From: Chiloscyllium plagiosum
Lineage: Eukaryota
DNA length: 64,000 bases
NCBI RefSeq assembly: GCF_004010195.1
Contig: NC_057728.1
Coordinates: 42,274,469-42,338,468, forward strand
Direction of reading: 5' to 3'
The translations under genes and the position numbers were made by a program. Under the pieces are notes generated by a model, which was not told the origin of the DNA, ran no database searches, and saw only the letters and a list, made by a program, of their open reading frames with translations. Positions 23,235 through 37,400 of the stretch are shown in pieces. The first letter of the stretch is position 1; each line of letters begins with the position of its first letter.

Positions 23235-25829
23235 CTTTTTTCTGGCATCACCTCTGTCATGCCTCAGTCTCCCCCTGAAATAGTGCTCCAATCATTTCTA
23301 TTGCCCCTCCTATGCCTCCTCCCCAGACTTCGCCCACAACCACCAAGCTATTCATACACACCCTCAAGTCTTGTAGCCTTATTCGGTTTACCTACTTATT
23401 CATTTTCAAACCTCATTACCCTAGTTTCCCTTTCTCAACAAAATACAGCTTTCACACTTCTTTATTTCTTTCTCAATAACACTTCCCACAGCCTCCCAGT
23501 TGTCTATCTTCATTTTCCAAGATGCTCCCGTTGCCTATCTCCAATTCCCAAAATGCTTCTAGGTGTAACTCCTTCCCACCTTTATGTGTACCTTCTTTGA
23601 CATGGCCGTTTTGAACACTTCAGCCATGCTCGTTCTGGTTAGATGTCAGGAATCTGACCTTTGGCCTTCTGCCTTTCAAAGGCCTGGAAGATTATGCCCA
23701 TTGTTTGTATTTTTATTCTTGTTTCTTCGCTGTAATGTTACACATTGTCCTCCTGCCAAACTGATCAGCCAATATCTTTATGAAATATATTTTTATGATT
23801 TGAAATGATAAAAATAAAAGCCACTAATTTGATGAGTCTCAAGATAGCCAAAATGGTGATAGGTTTTGATGTGGCCAAGTTTAAACAAGAACATAGCATT
23901 ATTTTGCATGCACCTGATTCAGTAAAGTTCATCAACTGGTTTGGTATTATAATGTTCTCAATTTTATGTGCATTGGATGCAGAACTGAGCAATTTGATCA
24001 AAAATGATAGCCTGTGCCAGTAATAATTTTATTTTTGTTGCATTATCAGTACAAACCTGTTCTGATACCATCAACAGAGATGGTTCAGTGGCCAAGTACT
24101 GCCCTGATGCAGTTTTTCTACTATGTTGCAGTATAAAGGAGGTGAGTTGCTCAGCAGCAGAAACTTTGACAACATTATAACATTAACTCTGCTCCACACG
24201 TAATGAGTACTTATAATTGATGTATGGTAGAACTGCAATGTGTTAAAATTGGATGACTCAAAATTCCAATTGTGTCAACCAGTCCATCCAGCTGAATGCA
24301 AACTATTTTTGAGGATAGGTTCTTGATGAGGGAAGTGTGGAAGATAGTGACAGAAGCCACAATCGCCATCTACTTTCCCCATTCTGTATTTAGATAGGGT
24401 ATGACTTTGCAAGATGTCAAAAATGAGGAGGAGCAGTATGAGGCACCTATCTTAGTGATGAGATTTGTTTTGCTCACCTTCAGGGGACTGGTGTGGAAAT
24501 TCCAGCAGAGACAACCAGGAAAACTGATTCCAAAGCGCAGGACACTATATGTTACACAACAGAATAGGTAAATGAAGCAATGACAGATGCAGTGTGTTTT
24601 CTAACTGAGAGGACTGATGACATGAGTCCAATGAATTCCCATCTACCCACCCACCTATTTCCACAGCTCTTGCATGCACTGCAACAGAAAAACACAGTAA
24701 AGATATTTGACTGCTGACTACAAGTTGGATTGTGTTGCGCTTGGCCAAAGATTGCACGTTAAGCAGAAAACACTACTGGGTTTTTCTGGAGCAAACTCCC
24801 AAATCGTTTCAATGCCTTTTATTGACCAAGGGTTGATCATTGTCAGTTGTGAACCAATTAGAAAGAAATTTTCCACATATCTATTATGCCTGTGTATTTT
24901 CATATTTTATTGACATATATCATGTTTTGGGACAAAACTGGATTACATAGTGGCCTTCTTGGCTATCTTAGCACTGTGTTTAACAAAGATTTTTGGGTGG
25001 GCTGCCTGTGATTTCACTCAGTGGTTTTACTATACATAAAATAACAGCAGAAGCAGGTCTAATAGTCTTCAGATACTGACAAAACAGTCCATCACTCCAT
25101 TTCAAGTTCTTTTTACTTTTCTCAGCTCACCCTTGGGTTTTTCGTGATGCAGACACTGGAGACAAATTGTTGATAAAGAATGGTGAGATATTTTTTCCAA
25201 CATCCACACAATATGATGAAGATGGTCCGATTTACATTCCTGTTCATGTCACAGTTCCAGGTAAATTCAGCACAAACGGATTTGCTTTTAGCTGAACCCA
25301 CAATTACCACACAATAACTGGCAGACAACTAGCCATTACTTCTTAGACTTTGTGTCAACTGCAGTTGTCTGAATACATTAATGGTCAAAATGTTGTTATT
25401 CATTTACCCATTAATTTTTTATAGCAATTATTTTGAAATATTTCTCTAGCCTGTTAATAATCATGGAAGAGTGAAGGAAGACTTTTTTAAAAAAAAAACT
25501 GTAATTTCACCTTTTAGATGATACAACCCCAGACTACATCTTCTCAGTCTGTTCCTTGCCCAGCTGAACTAATTTCTTCCTGTCTTGACACTTAGGTAGG
25601 AAAAATGTGAAAAGGAGAGAAAAACCAATATCCATTTCAGTGCTCTCATTACTTGAACAGTTTCCTGGTTTTAACTATCTCATTTTTCACCATTAACATC
25701 CAATTGCTATACACCTCCGTTCTCCACCAGATGGTCTGTAAGTTCTCCAGTTTTTTCTTGATTTGCTACTGGAGACACAAAAATCTCCATCCAGAACTTG
25801 CTCCTCTGTTTTGCAAACTTATTCTCGCA

Positions 25830-27330
25830 TTAAAAACATCTCCTTCAACTCCCCTCATTTCCTCCAAAGTTATTAAAACAGTTGTACACACAGTTCCTAG
25901 CTATGCCCAACTTTTTGTGGGATAAATTAAACATATTTGGTTCCAGTCCTACTCAGACCCCCTCCCTCTCATTTATTTTTGGTATCCTGATAAGTGCTTA
26001 GATTTAGCTTCCTGCTTTTGTGCGTAATTGGAAAATGTAATTCTCTTGACTTCTAATTTCTGTCGTCTTCTCAGCTTACATGGTCCATTTCCAGTTTTTC
26101 CCTTCTTTTGATTTTTCTGTCTGAATACCTGTAGATAATCTATCAACTAGTATTCACAACATGTCCACGGACTCCCACAAATACCTTGCCTTTACTTGCT
26201 CACATCACATTCCCTGTTAGGGATTAGGTTCTTCCAGGTTCACCATCTAATCTGTTCAAACACTGCAATCTTCCTCAGTTGACTGTCGCATCCTCCCACT
26301 CCAGTTGTCAAAGACTTCCACCATGACAATTCTATTGCCTGCACTTTATCCCTTCTCCGTTACAGAATTTTTGCCCTTGTCTTCACACCTCTCATGTCAC
26401 TAATCACCACATTCAATGAGTCACCCAATGCTGTTGCTGCCATGTCTAGCAAAACACAACTTCCCCTGCATATCACCCTTTTCATCATTACAAAAGGATC
26501 ATCCTTCCGTGTCAACCAGGTTCACTCCTCCGTTAGCCCAAATACCTATCCTAACCCTATAGCAACATTCAAAGTAACCACAGGAGGTGTAAGACTTCAG
26601 CTCTTTTTTAACCTCTGGCCTTCAGACCACCCAAGGCCCCAAGCACTCCAAATGAAACAACGATTTATTTGAACTTCACTCAACTTATTGTTTTCGCTGC
26701 TCACTATGTAGTCTTCTCTACCCTGGGGAGACCAAATGCAGACTGGGTGACCGCCTTGTGGCAAACTTACACCCAAAAACGCATCTGAGCAGAAACATTC
26801 CATTTCCTCTCCTTTCAGTTCTCAACCTTGCTCCATCTCTGACCTTAGCCTGATGTAGAGTTCAATGAAGTTCAACTTAACTCAAGAAGCAGCATCTCGC
26901 CTTTCAACTGGCTACTTTATAGACTTAAATCAATTTATTTCACTTTTTCTCAGTATTTCCTTATCAATCTCTTTACTTAGGTTCAAACAGTTATTGTGCC
27001 ATTCACACCTCGTCCGGACACCTATTTTGTCTCTTCTTCCATTACCACTCCAGTAATTCCACTAAACTTACCATGGAGTTCATCTATCCTGCCCTTCTTG
27101 TTCACGGACCTTCTCTGTTCTTCTTCCCACCTTCTCCATCTTCACACACTCTTCTCCCAATCACTTAATCAAAACCCATTTAATACTTCCGAACAAAAAT
27201 AAAATACTGCAGTTGCTGAAAATCTGAGACAAACTCAGAAAATACTGCAGGACCTCAGCAGGTCTGGCATCATCTGTGGGTAAAGATGTAGAATTAATGT
27301 GAATTAACAGTTCTTTTCTTCAGAACTGGT
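25830..27330 (+). mobile_element. Decayed Penelope-like element (RT plus GIY-YIG) followed by an inverted terminal-repeat fragment (about 27195-27330)
   Basis: PSYAQLFVG, TDSHKYL, KQRFI*TS..RCSLCSLLYPGETKCRLGDR. Confidence 0.7.
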
Positions 27331-29624
27331 CGGAAGAAGTCATATACATAAGTGCTTTATTAACAGAATCAATTTCACAGCAATCTTCACATCTTTTGCG
27401 CCAACATTAAGTTGGGGATAGAATTTCCATGGGATTGCTTCCAATTTCCTTGTCAAATCTTCAATGAAAACATTGAAAAAAGAAACTCACAACATACAGC
27501 ATAAAATGACAGGATATGGAAAAACCTCATTAAAGGGAAAGAAAATATTTCTCTCATTCAGGCAATAATTTTCTGGAAAAGAAGTCTTTGTTAACTGTTG
27601 AAGATAGGGAACTAGCAAACAGCATGAATCAAAACCTAGCCTTAATGTGATTTACTTCCTCTCCCCTCTAGGACATTGAGGCTAAATACAGCAACTCTTT
27701 AAAAATGACTGAGATTAACGAATGCATTACAAACTGTGTTGGAATATGAACCTAAAATATTAGCATACTTATCCCTTTAAGATTCAGTTTGTAGTCCCGA
27801 AAAACTGTTTTCTAGCTGCAGTTCATTTAGTTGTTGCTCCTACTTTAGCTTCAATACCCAAATTCTTAGTTTGCACCATTGCTTAATAATAAATAGTTTG
27901 ATAGCCTGAATCTTTATAACATTCAAAATTGAATGTCCTAATTCTAGTGTATAATAAATTTATTCTTTTCAGTATATTCACTGAAGAACTGCTGCTTGCA
28001 ATGTATTCGTAAACATGTGAAATCGGAAGATTATACAAAGTTGGAACTACCAAAGTCGCTGCATACTGATCTCAAGAATTCTCCAGATCTGCTAAGATCA
28101 ATTGGAAAACTAAGCAGGCGCTACAGAAGTGATGAATAATTTAAATTTAGTAGTTCATGATTTTTATTAGTAACATTTCATTTTGCTATCTATGTTGTTT
28201 TAGCATTTAGAGTAAATCTATCTTTATTCTAACCATTACACCTTCGTTAGTGTTTCACGTACAACAGGGACTACACTTTAAAATTACTTCATTGGTTGTA
28301 AAGGTCTTTGAAATCTTGGCTGATCATGAGAGGACCTTCATAAAATTAAGTCTTCCTTTTATTAACCACCTGAAATTCTCAGTAACTTCCTGTCACTGGA
28401 GTTTTAAAACTTCAAACTGTTTGTTAAATAAATTAATGTTTGAAAAGATGTTCAAAGAATGTTTTACACAATCTCCGGTTTCCTTATAATTATGGACTCC
28501 AATATTCCTTCTGTTAGGCCCTTATCAAGGAAGTGGATGGAAAAAAAAATTGATGAACTATATCACTGGTGTTACAATGGGAATAGTACCAATTACAAGT
28601 TTCCCTTCAAGTTGCACAGTATCCTATAATTATGAAACTATATCATTGGTTCTTTCACTGTCACTGGGGTCAAAATCCTGGAACTCCCTTCCAAATAGCC
28701 ACACTGTAAATAATCTAAATCTAAACAACACCGTGAGTGTACCGACAGCAAATGAACTGCAGTGGTTCAAGAGGGCACTTTTTCAAGGGTACCCGGTTTC
28801 CCCTTATGGGAGAGTTCAGGACCAGACAGCATAATACCAGCGTAAGAGGTCCCTCATTTAAGACCGCAATTAGGAGGACTTATCTTCTCAGAGCATAGTT
28901 AATCTGTGGTATGCTTGTATGCTTTACCATAGAGGGCTATCAATGTTCAGTTATTTCAAAATCTGTATATCTCAGCCTCAAATAATCTTAGATCAGTAAT
29001 CAAGGGTTATGGGGATAAGACAGGAAATACATTTATATCTCCAAGCAATTAATCTTCTATCAAGGCAAACTTCTATCCATATCCCATACCAGAAAAAGAT
29101 AATCCTTGAACAATGTCTTTAAAACATTAAACAAACTGTAAATTCTGAACCCTGCTAAGATAATGGTGGTTTCTAAACCTCAGCCAAGCATTCAGAATGA
29201 CACTTGACACTTGGAAAATATAAGGTAAGTGTTATATCAAAGCTACATGTTCAGTTACTAATTCTGCCAATGAAAACAACTCAGTAGAGGCTTATTTAAA
29301 TTCTGACAATCATAGTATCTCTTTTACAGTTGAAAGAGCAGGGCATTTAAAAAATCTACAGATATGTCAGATACATAAACCTGTAAATCCTTCAAGAGCA
29401 CTTACATTATCAATTTATTTGTTGCGCAGTGAGAGTTAAGGCTGTTGGACCTGTCAAAATAGAATCAATTTGAACTGAGTTCCAGTTCAAATGACCCTGC
29501 TCCTGTCTGTGTAAACCGCCACTCTTCTGCTGACAAAAATTTGATTCTTGGAAATGAGGATGAGACTTCTTCATCAGGTCCCATCCACTATTTTTGAACG
29601 TCTGAAAAATCTTTCAGACTCTGT

Positions 29625-29976
29625 GACAGAGATTTATAAAATGAGGGGTGTGGATAAGGTGGATAGACAAGATCTTTTCCCTGCAGTGGGGCATAGGTTT
29701 AAGGTGAGAGGAGAAAGATTTAAAAGAGACCTAAGAGGCAACATTTTTATGCAGAGGGTGATGTGTCTATGGAACGAGCTACCAGAGAAAGTGGTGGAGT
29801 CTGGTACAATTACAACATTTAAAAGGCATCTGGATGTGTATATGAATAGGAAGGATTCAGAGGGATATGGGCCATATGTTGGCAAATGAGACTAGATTTA
29901 TTTAGTATATTGGTAGGCATGGACAAGTTGGACCAAAGGGTCTGTTTCTGTGCTGCACAGCTCCATGACTCTATAT
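29625..29976 (+). mobile_element. CR1 3' fragment downstream of the TBC1D30 stop
   Basis: GHRFKVRGERFKRDLRGNIFMQRV..WNELP and CATGACTCTAT tail. Confidence 0.88.
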
Positions 29977-30304
29977 CTCACCCGCAGTATCACATTAGAT
30001 TTACCCAGTGTACCACCTGTGCGAGCCCTATACTTGTGACTGAAATAAGTATTCTCAGAAGGCTGCAGAATAATATGTCCACAAAGAAATGTTTACAGAG
30101 AGTAAGAATGGTTTTAAAAAGTGTCAGGCTGTTTGAGTTCTCATTTATAGTTCTGTATTTTCTCATGGCACAAACACGCAAAGGTAAATATAACAAATTG
30201 TATCGATGTACAAAGTGCTGTGAATGCAAAAAATTAAATTTTGACCACCATCTGAAGATTAAAGTATGAAAAGAAATTTGTAGTTGAAATTGTAAACAGT
30301 ACTT

Positions 30305-30310
30305 TTTATT
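30305..30310 (-). terminator. Candidate proximal polyadenylation signal (AATAAA) of TBC1D30
   Basis: AATAAA on the minus strand about 330 nt after the stop. More distal candidates exist, e.g. 29414-29419 and 27356-27361. Confidence 0.35.
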
Positions 30311-30638
30311 GTGACATTATACAATAGCAATAGGTCAGACAGCAGTTATGAGAACTTTAGATCTTTTCATACTATATCACCTTTCATGCTTTGTTTTCCT
30401 TCAGTTGTCCATAAATATCATATTATGTGCATCTAATATTGGTCTTCAATTTCTGAAAAATGCATTTAATACAACAATACTTTAGAATTTGACCTCCAGG
30501 TTATTAAACCACATTTTAAAAACTGTTATTTACAGGAGTAGGTCTTCTAACATTGCACATAATAAAAAAATGTCTTAACATCTTAATTTAAGAATAAATT
30601 ATAGCAAAATGGTCATTACAGAATTACTCTTAAGTTGT

Positions 30639-31402
30639 TCATTCTTTCCTGGTCCCTTTTGGTTTGTTATTTCCTGTGCTGTTAACCTTTTTGCTCATGT
30701 GGGGAAAATGGACTGTTGGGGTCCTTTCGGTTGGCCCGTACAATCCTAAATTTCTTGCTGCTGCTGATTTTCTGGGAGGTTTAACACTAGGAAAAGGGTT
30801 GAATGTCTGAATCTTCAAAGTGTTAGTTCTGTGCCCTACATCTGAAATTCCTTTCTCAGAATCGGAAGATTCAGATGAGTACCTTTGGCTTGGTGAAGGA
30901 CTGGGAGGTTCAGTTGCAGTTGTGTCAGTCTGGCTTAAGTCTAGTCTTTTCAGCTGGTGTTGAACTATATTCACATTGTCATTAGCATCCCTGTAAACTG
31001 GATCAGAAGATTGTCCATCTGCTTGTGCTGATATTCGATCCTCAATTCTTTTCTTGTCAGCTTCATTGCTTTCTGTTGAGCTAAGAGATGACTCTTTCAC
31101 TGGTTTATTACTTTTTCGTTTCATAATGTCACTGTAATCCTCCATGAGCCCTATGGTATCACCATAGCTCAGCTGGTTCTTGGTCCTTGCTAGGTTTTTC
31201 CGATGAACTCGAATGTGAGTGCGCCATGGAGAATTGAGCTTTGCCTTCATGTCGTCCTGTGAGGTTTTTGGCCCAGGGACATGGATTACAGCATTCCTGG
31301 TGATTCTGTTAGTAGTTCTCAATTTCTTCCCTAGAAGTAAGTGATTCATCATTGGAGTTTGATTGGTCTGTGATGGTAGAATGGTGCTAACTGGACCTTC
31401 AC
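30639..31402 (-). CDS. TBC1D30: TBC1D30 terminal coding exon: (G)EGPVSTILPSQ...ARNLGLYGPTERTPTVHFP...GTRKE*
   Basis: Acceptor tttcacag|GT; TGA at 30639-30641. Corresponds to ORF 30639..31430. Confidence 0.94.
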
Positions 31403-34400
31403 CTGTGAAATGTACAATAAACAAAAACAACTCACTAGTTAATAAGTGACAGGAGCAATCATAATCTCTAACTGCAGAGCTCCATCTTTACATTTCTGTT
31501 AAAATAATCACAAAGTTCATACTGAATCTTCAAATATAAAACACATAAATCACTTATTTATTACACCATTGCATTGTAATGTAATAAACTTTGGACAAAC
31601 TTTTAATAAATATTATATCATCATAGTAAGATCAGATTTCACTCAGATCCTGGTGGGCACACTGCCATAGCACATTGATGCCTCCAAATCAGCATGAGAT
31701 GGCAAATGTACTCAAGTACATAGGAAAAATTCACATTATCCTGGTGTTCCTTTGAAGTTGAGGCAGAGGTAAGATTCAAAACCGAATCTGAGTATTCCTG
31801 ATGCGAACATTAGATAGATGGATAGATAGATAGATATAAATAAAACACATTTTTCAACAATAATAACTATCAACTTGGCAAAACTGACCAAAAAGCATTT
31901 TAAAATAGGTAATTGTAAACAGTCAGAGTACAGGAAGGTGTATGGATGGGGTCTACTGATTTTCTTGATCTGTGTTAATGACCTAATTTAATTTGCAGAT
32001 GATATAAAACTTGATAGTATTGTGAGCCAAGACAGGATACTGGTATACATTGAGAGGTAATTGGCTGATGGAATGGACAGGGACATTAAATTTCATTTTT
32101 ATGCGCACAAGTTTGAAATGAAAGATTTTGGTAGGGAGAATGAAGAAAAGCAATAGAAAATAATGTTTTATTCTAAGGGAGTGCAAACGTAGTGTTACCT
32201 TTAAATTTATGTGTATAAATAGTTGAAGTCTTGGAAAATGGGTAACATGGAATCATGATTTTGGGGACAAAAGACTTCAGTTAAATGTCTGGATTAGAGA
32301 TACTAGGGCTGTTCTCTTGGGAGATGAGAATGGAGATTGGATATAGTTGTTCAAAATTGTGGCTATGATGTGGAGGTGCTGCTGTTGGACCGGAGGGGAC
32401 AAAGTTAAAAATCACACAACACCAGGTTAAAGTCCAGCAGGTTTATTTGGAAGTACAAGCTTTTGGAGCACTGCTCCTGACTAGCTTCCTGGCGAAGGAG
32501 CAATGCTCCGAAAGCTTGTACTTCCAAATAAAGTGTGTATACTTCAATGCAAGAAGTATACGAAATAACGGCGCAACATCGAGGGCCCAAGGGCCTGTAC
32601 TGCGCTGTATTGTTCTATGTAGCTTGTACTTCCAAATAAACCTGTTGGACTTTAACCTGGTGTTGTGTGATTTTTAACTTTAAAACTGTGAGCATTGTTC
32701 AGAATCTTGAGCAGTCTGGACAGACTAGATGGAGAAAACATTCCCATTGGTGGAAGAATCGAGAACCAAAGGACACCAATTTAAGGGGATTGGCAAACAA
32801 AAAGTAGAGGCAATTTTTTTTTGTGCAATTAGTGATTAAGATCTGGTTAAGTGAAATGTGCTGATTGAGAGAGTGGTGAAAGTAGATTCAATCAGAGCTT
32901 TCGAAAGAAATTGAACAGTGATCTGAGGAGAAAAATAATTACAGGTCTATGGGGTAAAGGGAAAAGATTGCTACTAGTTCAGTAGCTTCTACAGAGAATC
33001 AGCATAAATATGAAAAGTGGATTGATGTATATTTAAAAAAAGGCCAAGGACTAATGGTATTTTCTGAATATGTGCAAAGCCAAGAAAGATTAAGAACAGT
33101 AGGGGTGTTGTTATTCATCTGTGGCTGTTATCCATTTGCACCAGAGAGATATTGAATGTTACTTCTTGTGGAGCTTTGATAAAACTACTTTCAAAGGGGA
33201 AAACATTGGCAGCTGGTCAATTAATATATCTTGTGTGCAGTTCAGAGAAGGATGAAATGATCAGAAATGAAGGCCCAACTGGCATTAGAACATAGAGCGG
33301 GGTGAATAAAAGTCTTATGTTTGAAATCTTCTTATGGCATGCCATCTCCAACAGAATGCAAAAGCATAACAAAAAGAATAGTTATAGTCATGCAGTAACC
33401 CCCCACATATCAATCAAAATAAGCAGGGGGCCATGCATCCAAGAAGCAGATGTATTATATGGGAGACTACGTAAACATAAACACATTATGGATTTGAGTA
33501 TAAGAAAGCTTTGGGTTATGATGAACAGTAAAGGACATCCTAATGTCTCATTAGTATTCAAGATCAGGAGAGTGGAGCATGAGAATCGAGTGAAATATAA
33601 TTGTTAAGTGATAGATATGCTTTGTACTATTCATTTCATGGAACATTCACTGGATTCTATTACCTGCCCTAACTGTGCATCATCATCAAACCTCTTTCTG
33701 TACTGTCTTCATACAGTTGGAGCAACATTGATATTAACAAGTGAGAGAACCTGTTTCCACTTCACTGATCATCTCCCTCTCTCTCTCTCTCTCTTTCTTT
33801 GTGTCTTTGACAAAGGTGACCATCCTTTTTGGAAGTGCTCTCTTTTGCCTGGAGCTCAGCCATATTGTTTGAAGCTGCATCTGGAAACAAGGCTGGGGCC
33901 AGCATTGATTACATTAGAAAACTTCAGATCATGCACCATCACAGCATCATGCAGTACAGAAGAGCCCTTAGGCCCAATGAGTTTGTACCCTATCTCTAGG
34001 GGAATTCAGTCACAATCAGAAAATATGGAAGTTTGTAAAATATCAATTTAGAAACATGTCCAGGTAATTTGGTGGGAAGAAAAGGTCATAGCTATTGTAT
34101 TCAATAGTTTGTATAAAGTGGCCAATGCAAAAGGTATTTCCTCTCTCTTTCCAAAAGAAAAGTGGACAGCTGCACTTCTCCAGGACACTGCAACCGCTGT
34201 TTGTAACCAGCTGTCAAGAAATAGACATGTTCTACATTGATTTGATACAGTGAATGTTTCTTCACTTTTTATGGTGGAATGAAGATATTTTTGCTGTTTC
34301 TTATTGTCCAACCAAGAACTGTATCATTTGCCCACCACCTTGTGCAAGATTTAACATTAAAGATCTTTGTGTTAACACCAGAATGCAAAAAGTGAAACTT

Positions 34401-37400
34401 TGGCACATTTCTCATTCATAATCACTAGAAGTCACTAAAGAGAAACAGTTAGAAAAATATGAGCACATGGTTGAATATATATAAGCACTAATATGCAAGA
34501 TAAGGAGACTTGAAAGTTCATTAAATTTCCATGAGTTGTTCCATAGAGGAAATAGTGATATATGGAAAATAATGTTACACTGAACAAGAGAAAGGGAGAG
34601 AGAGAGAAGATGCTCCACCATAGGGAAAGAAAAATAAATTAATTTACTTAAAGGTGTTTTTATATTTAGTACCTCAATATATAACTGTAATATGAAAAAA
34701 TAATAAAATAAAATTATAAAACACTAACTTCTTTCAATAGTATTATTCAGCTTGTCCCTAGGATCTGGAATGATCCCAGGATTAATTTCATCTTCTGTTC
34801 CTGATAAAAGAAACAGAAATGTAAAAACTGGACAAAATGATCAGTGTGTATATTGCAAGCAAGGTGAGCAGAAAACCTCCACATGGTAAAATTGGTGTTA
34901 TTATTCTGAAAATACCTTGTTACAAATGCTTTCCTTCATTTTTAACCAGCAATTTCCTGCATTAGGTGTGCATTCCTCTTCCACCCCAACGGACAATGTT
35001 CCATAGTCCAATATTGGACTTGAAATGTTAACTCTGTTTCTCTCTCCACAAGTGTTGACAGACTTCCTTAGTTTCTCCAAAAACATTGTCTTTATTCGAC
35101 ATTCCAGGACCTTATTTAAAAGGCTTTTCTTCATTTATTAGCCCAGGCAGCAAGTGTCAGCAACCAGTAGACTTATACAGCACGAAAACAGTCCCTTCGA
35201 TCCAACTCATCCATGCTGATCAGATATCCTAACCTGATCTAATCCCATTTTCCAGCATTTGGCCCGAATCCCTCTAGATTCTTACCATTCGTATACCCAT
35301 CCAGATGCCTTTTAAAAACAGTTAAGTATTGTAACTGTACCTGTCTCCACCACTTCCTCTGGCAGCCTGTTCCACACATGCATCACCCTCTATATGAAAA
35401 AGTTGCGCCTCAGGTCCCTTTTAAATCTTTCTCCTCTCACCTTAAACCTCTACCCTCTAGTTTTGGACTCCTTTACCCTGGGAAAAAGACCTTGGCTATT
35501 GACCCTATCCTTGCACCTCATAACTTTATAATAGTCTATAAGGTCACCTCTCAGCCTCCGATGCTCCAGAGAAAATAGTCCCAGTCCCTTCAGCCTCTCT
35601 AGAGAGGTCAAGCTCTCCAACCCTGGCAACGTCCTTGTAAATCTTTTCTGAACTCTTTCAAGTTTTACACATCTTTCCTATAACATGGAGACCACATTTA
35701 ATGCAATATTCTAAAAATGGCCTAACCAATGTACTGTATAGCCACAACATGACATCACAACTCTACTAAAAATACACTAACTATAGAAATTGCCTTCATT
35801 GGTCAAAGTGGTGCTGTAGTGATAATGCCACTGGACGAGTAATCCTGAACATCAGGCTAATGTCCTGGAGACATGAATTTGAATCCTGCCATGGCAGATG
35901 CTGATATTTGAGTTCAATAAAATTCTAGAATTAGAAGCTGATCTAAATGTTAATTGTTGTAAAAAACCCATCTGGTTCACCAATGTTCTTTAGAGAAGGA
36001 AAACCACAATCCTTACCTGGTCTGGCCTATCTGTGACTCCACAGCCACACCAATATGGTTGACTACTAACTGGATTTTGGGAAAATGGGGATGGGCAATG
36101 TTATGATATGGCACCTATGTCCCATAAATAAACTTTTTAAAAAGGTTAAGATAAACCCTGTTCTCATCTGATTCCACATATCTGAATTTTCTAACAAATA
36201 GAGACACTCAATAGCAATTAGAACAAATGATTCATTTTATCTACGAATGGAGATAAGTAACCCATCACAGATGAGTGTTAGATTAGATTAGATTAGATTA
36301 GATTAATTACAGTGTGGAAACAGGCCCTTCGGCCCAACAAGTCCACACCGACCCGCCGAAGTGTAACCCACCCAGACCCATTCGCCTACATTTACCCCTT
36401 CCCTGTTGAATCAGTAGCCTTCTGAACTACAAAAATGTAGGTCAATGAGTGCATCAGTATAAATTGAATATTTTATAAAGTCCTATAAATGGTTTTGAAG
36501 TGTAGCTGTGATTCTGAATAATTTTTTTACCTGCTTTAATGAAGATGAGATGGGCTTGTTGTTGTTGCTGCCTCTTCTTCATCCTAACATACTGTCGTTT
36601 CAGTGCATTGATATCAGTTGTCATGCGTTCCATCATCATGCTGTTAAAGACAGAGTGGTGCTCACTGCGGCTTGCATCAATAGCCCCAGGGCTGAGCTCA
36701 GCTATGTTGCTCGATTTCAGAATTTGCTCATCTTGCTGATCTGGAGAATTAACAAACAGAGAAAAGGAAAAAGTTAACATTTCTACAATTTGTATCATAT
36801 TTCTCTCATGTTCAGGCTTGATGAAAGGACAAACTGTAGATTACATCAGTAATGTAGTAACATGTATGGTACAGCCAGTTCTGCTATAATGCAGTGGCTC
36901 CATTCTCGTGCAATCCCATGCTATAAGAAAATTATGTAATAGCAGTACTATTTAAACTAATAGGCTCGAATCACATTATAACCAATACACGCTTTAAAAG
37001 TTTGCACTTTAGAAACAGTGTCCCTAATTCGTCAATCACGTTATAGCGAATTCGTTAAGTGTGCGTTATTAGCAGAATGACCTGCACCTGGAAATGCACC
37101 ACAGAGTTAGAAACAAAGTGAAAGTGACTACAAATACAATGCTTCTGCATCTTTATAAATATATTGTAAAACTATTGTACCATTTACAGAAGCTGATAAG
37201 GGTAATTGCCTTGATTAACAAATATTATTCCATTTCACATTAACTGAAGAAACGAACCATCTGCACAAAACAGCAACTTGTCTCACTAATACACGTGAAA
37301 AGGCTTCAACTTTTATAAAATGTCCTGGTTGGTTGGAAATTTTGCTCACTTGAAACGACAGCAATAGAATTTTTTTTATATTGTAGTTGATGGCAAAAAG

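Noticed and set aside
1..30000. Exons of WIF1, the downstream neighbour of TBC1D30 in mammals
   Set aside because: I found no WIF or EGF-repeat coding sequence or WIF1 C-terminus by eye.
36508..36777. Overlapping antisense ORFs (including a poly-Cys run) over a TBC1D30 exon
   Set aside because: Shadow frames of the real exon; the CCCCC run is the reverse complement of the poly-Gln codons.
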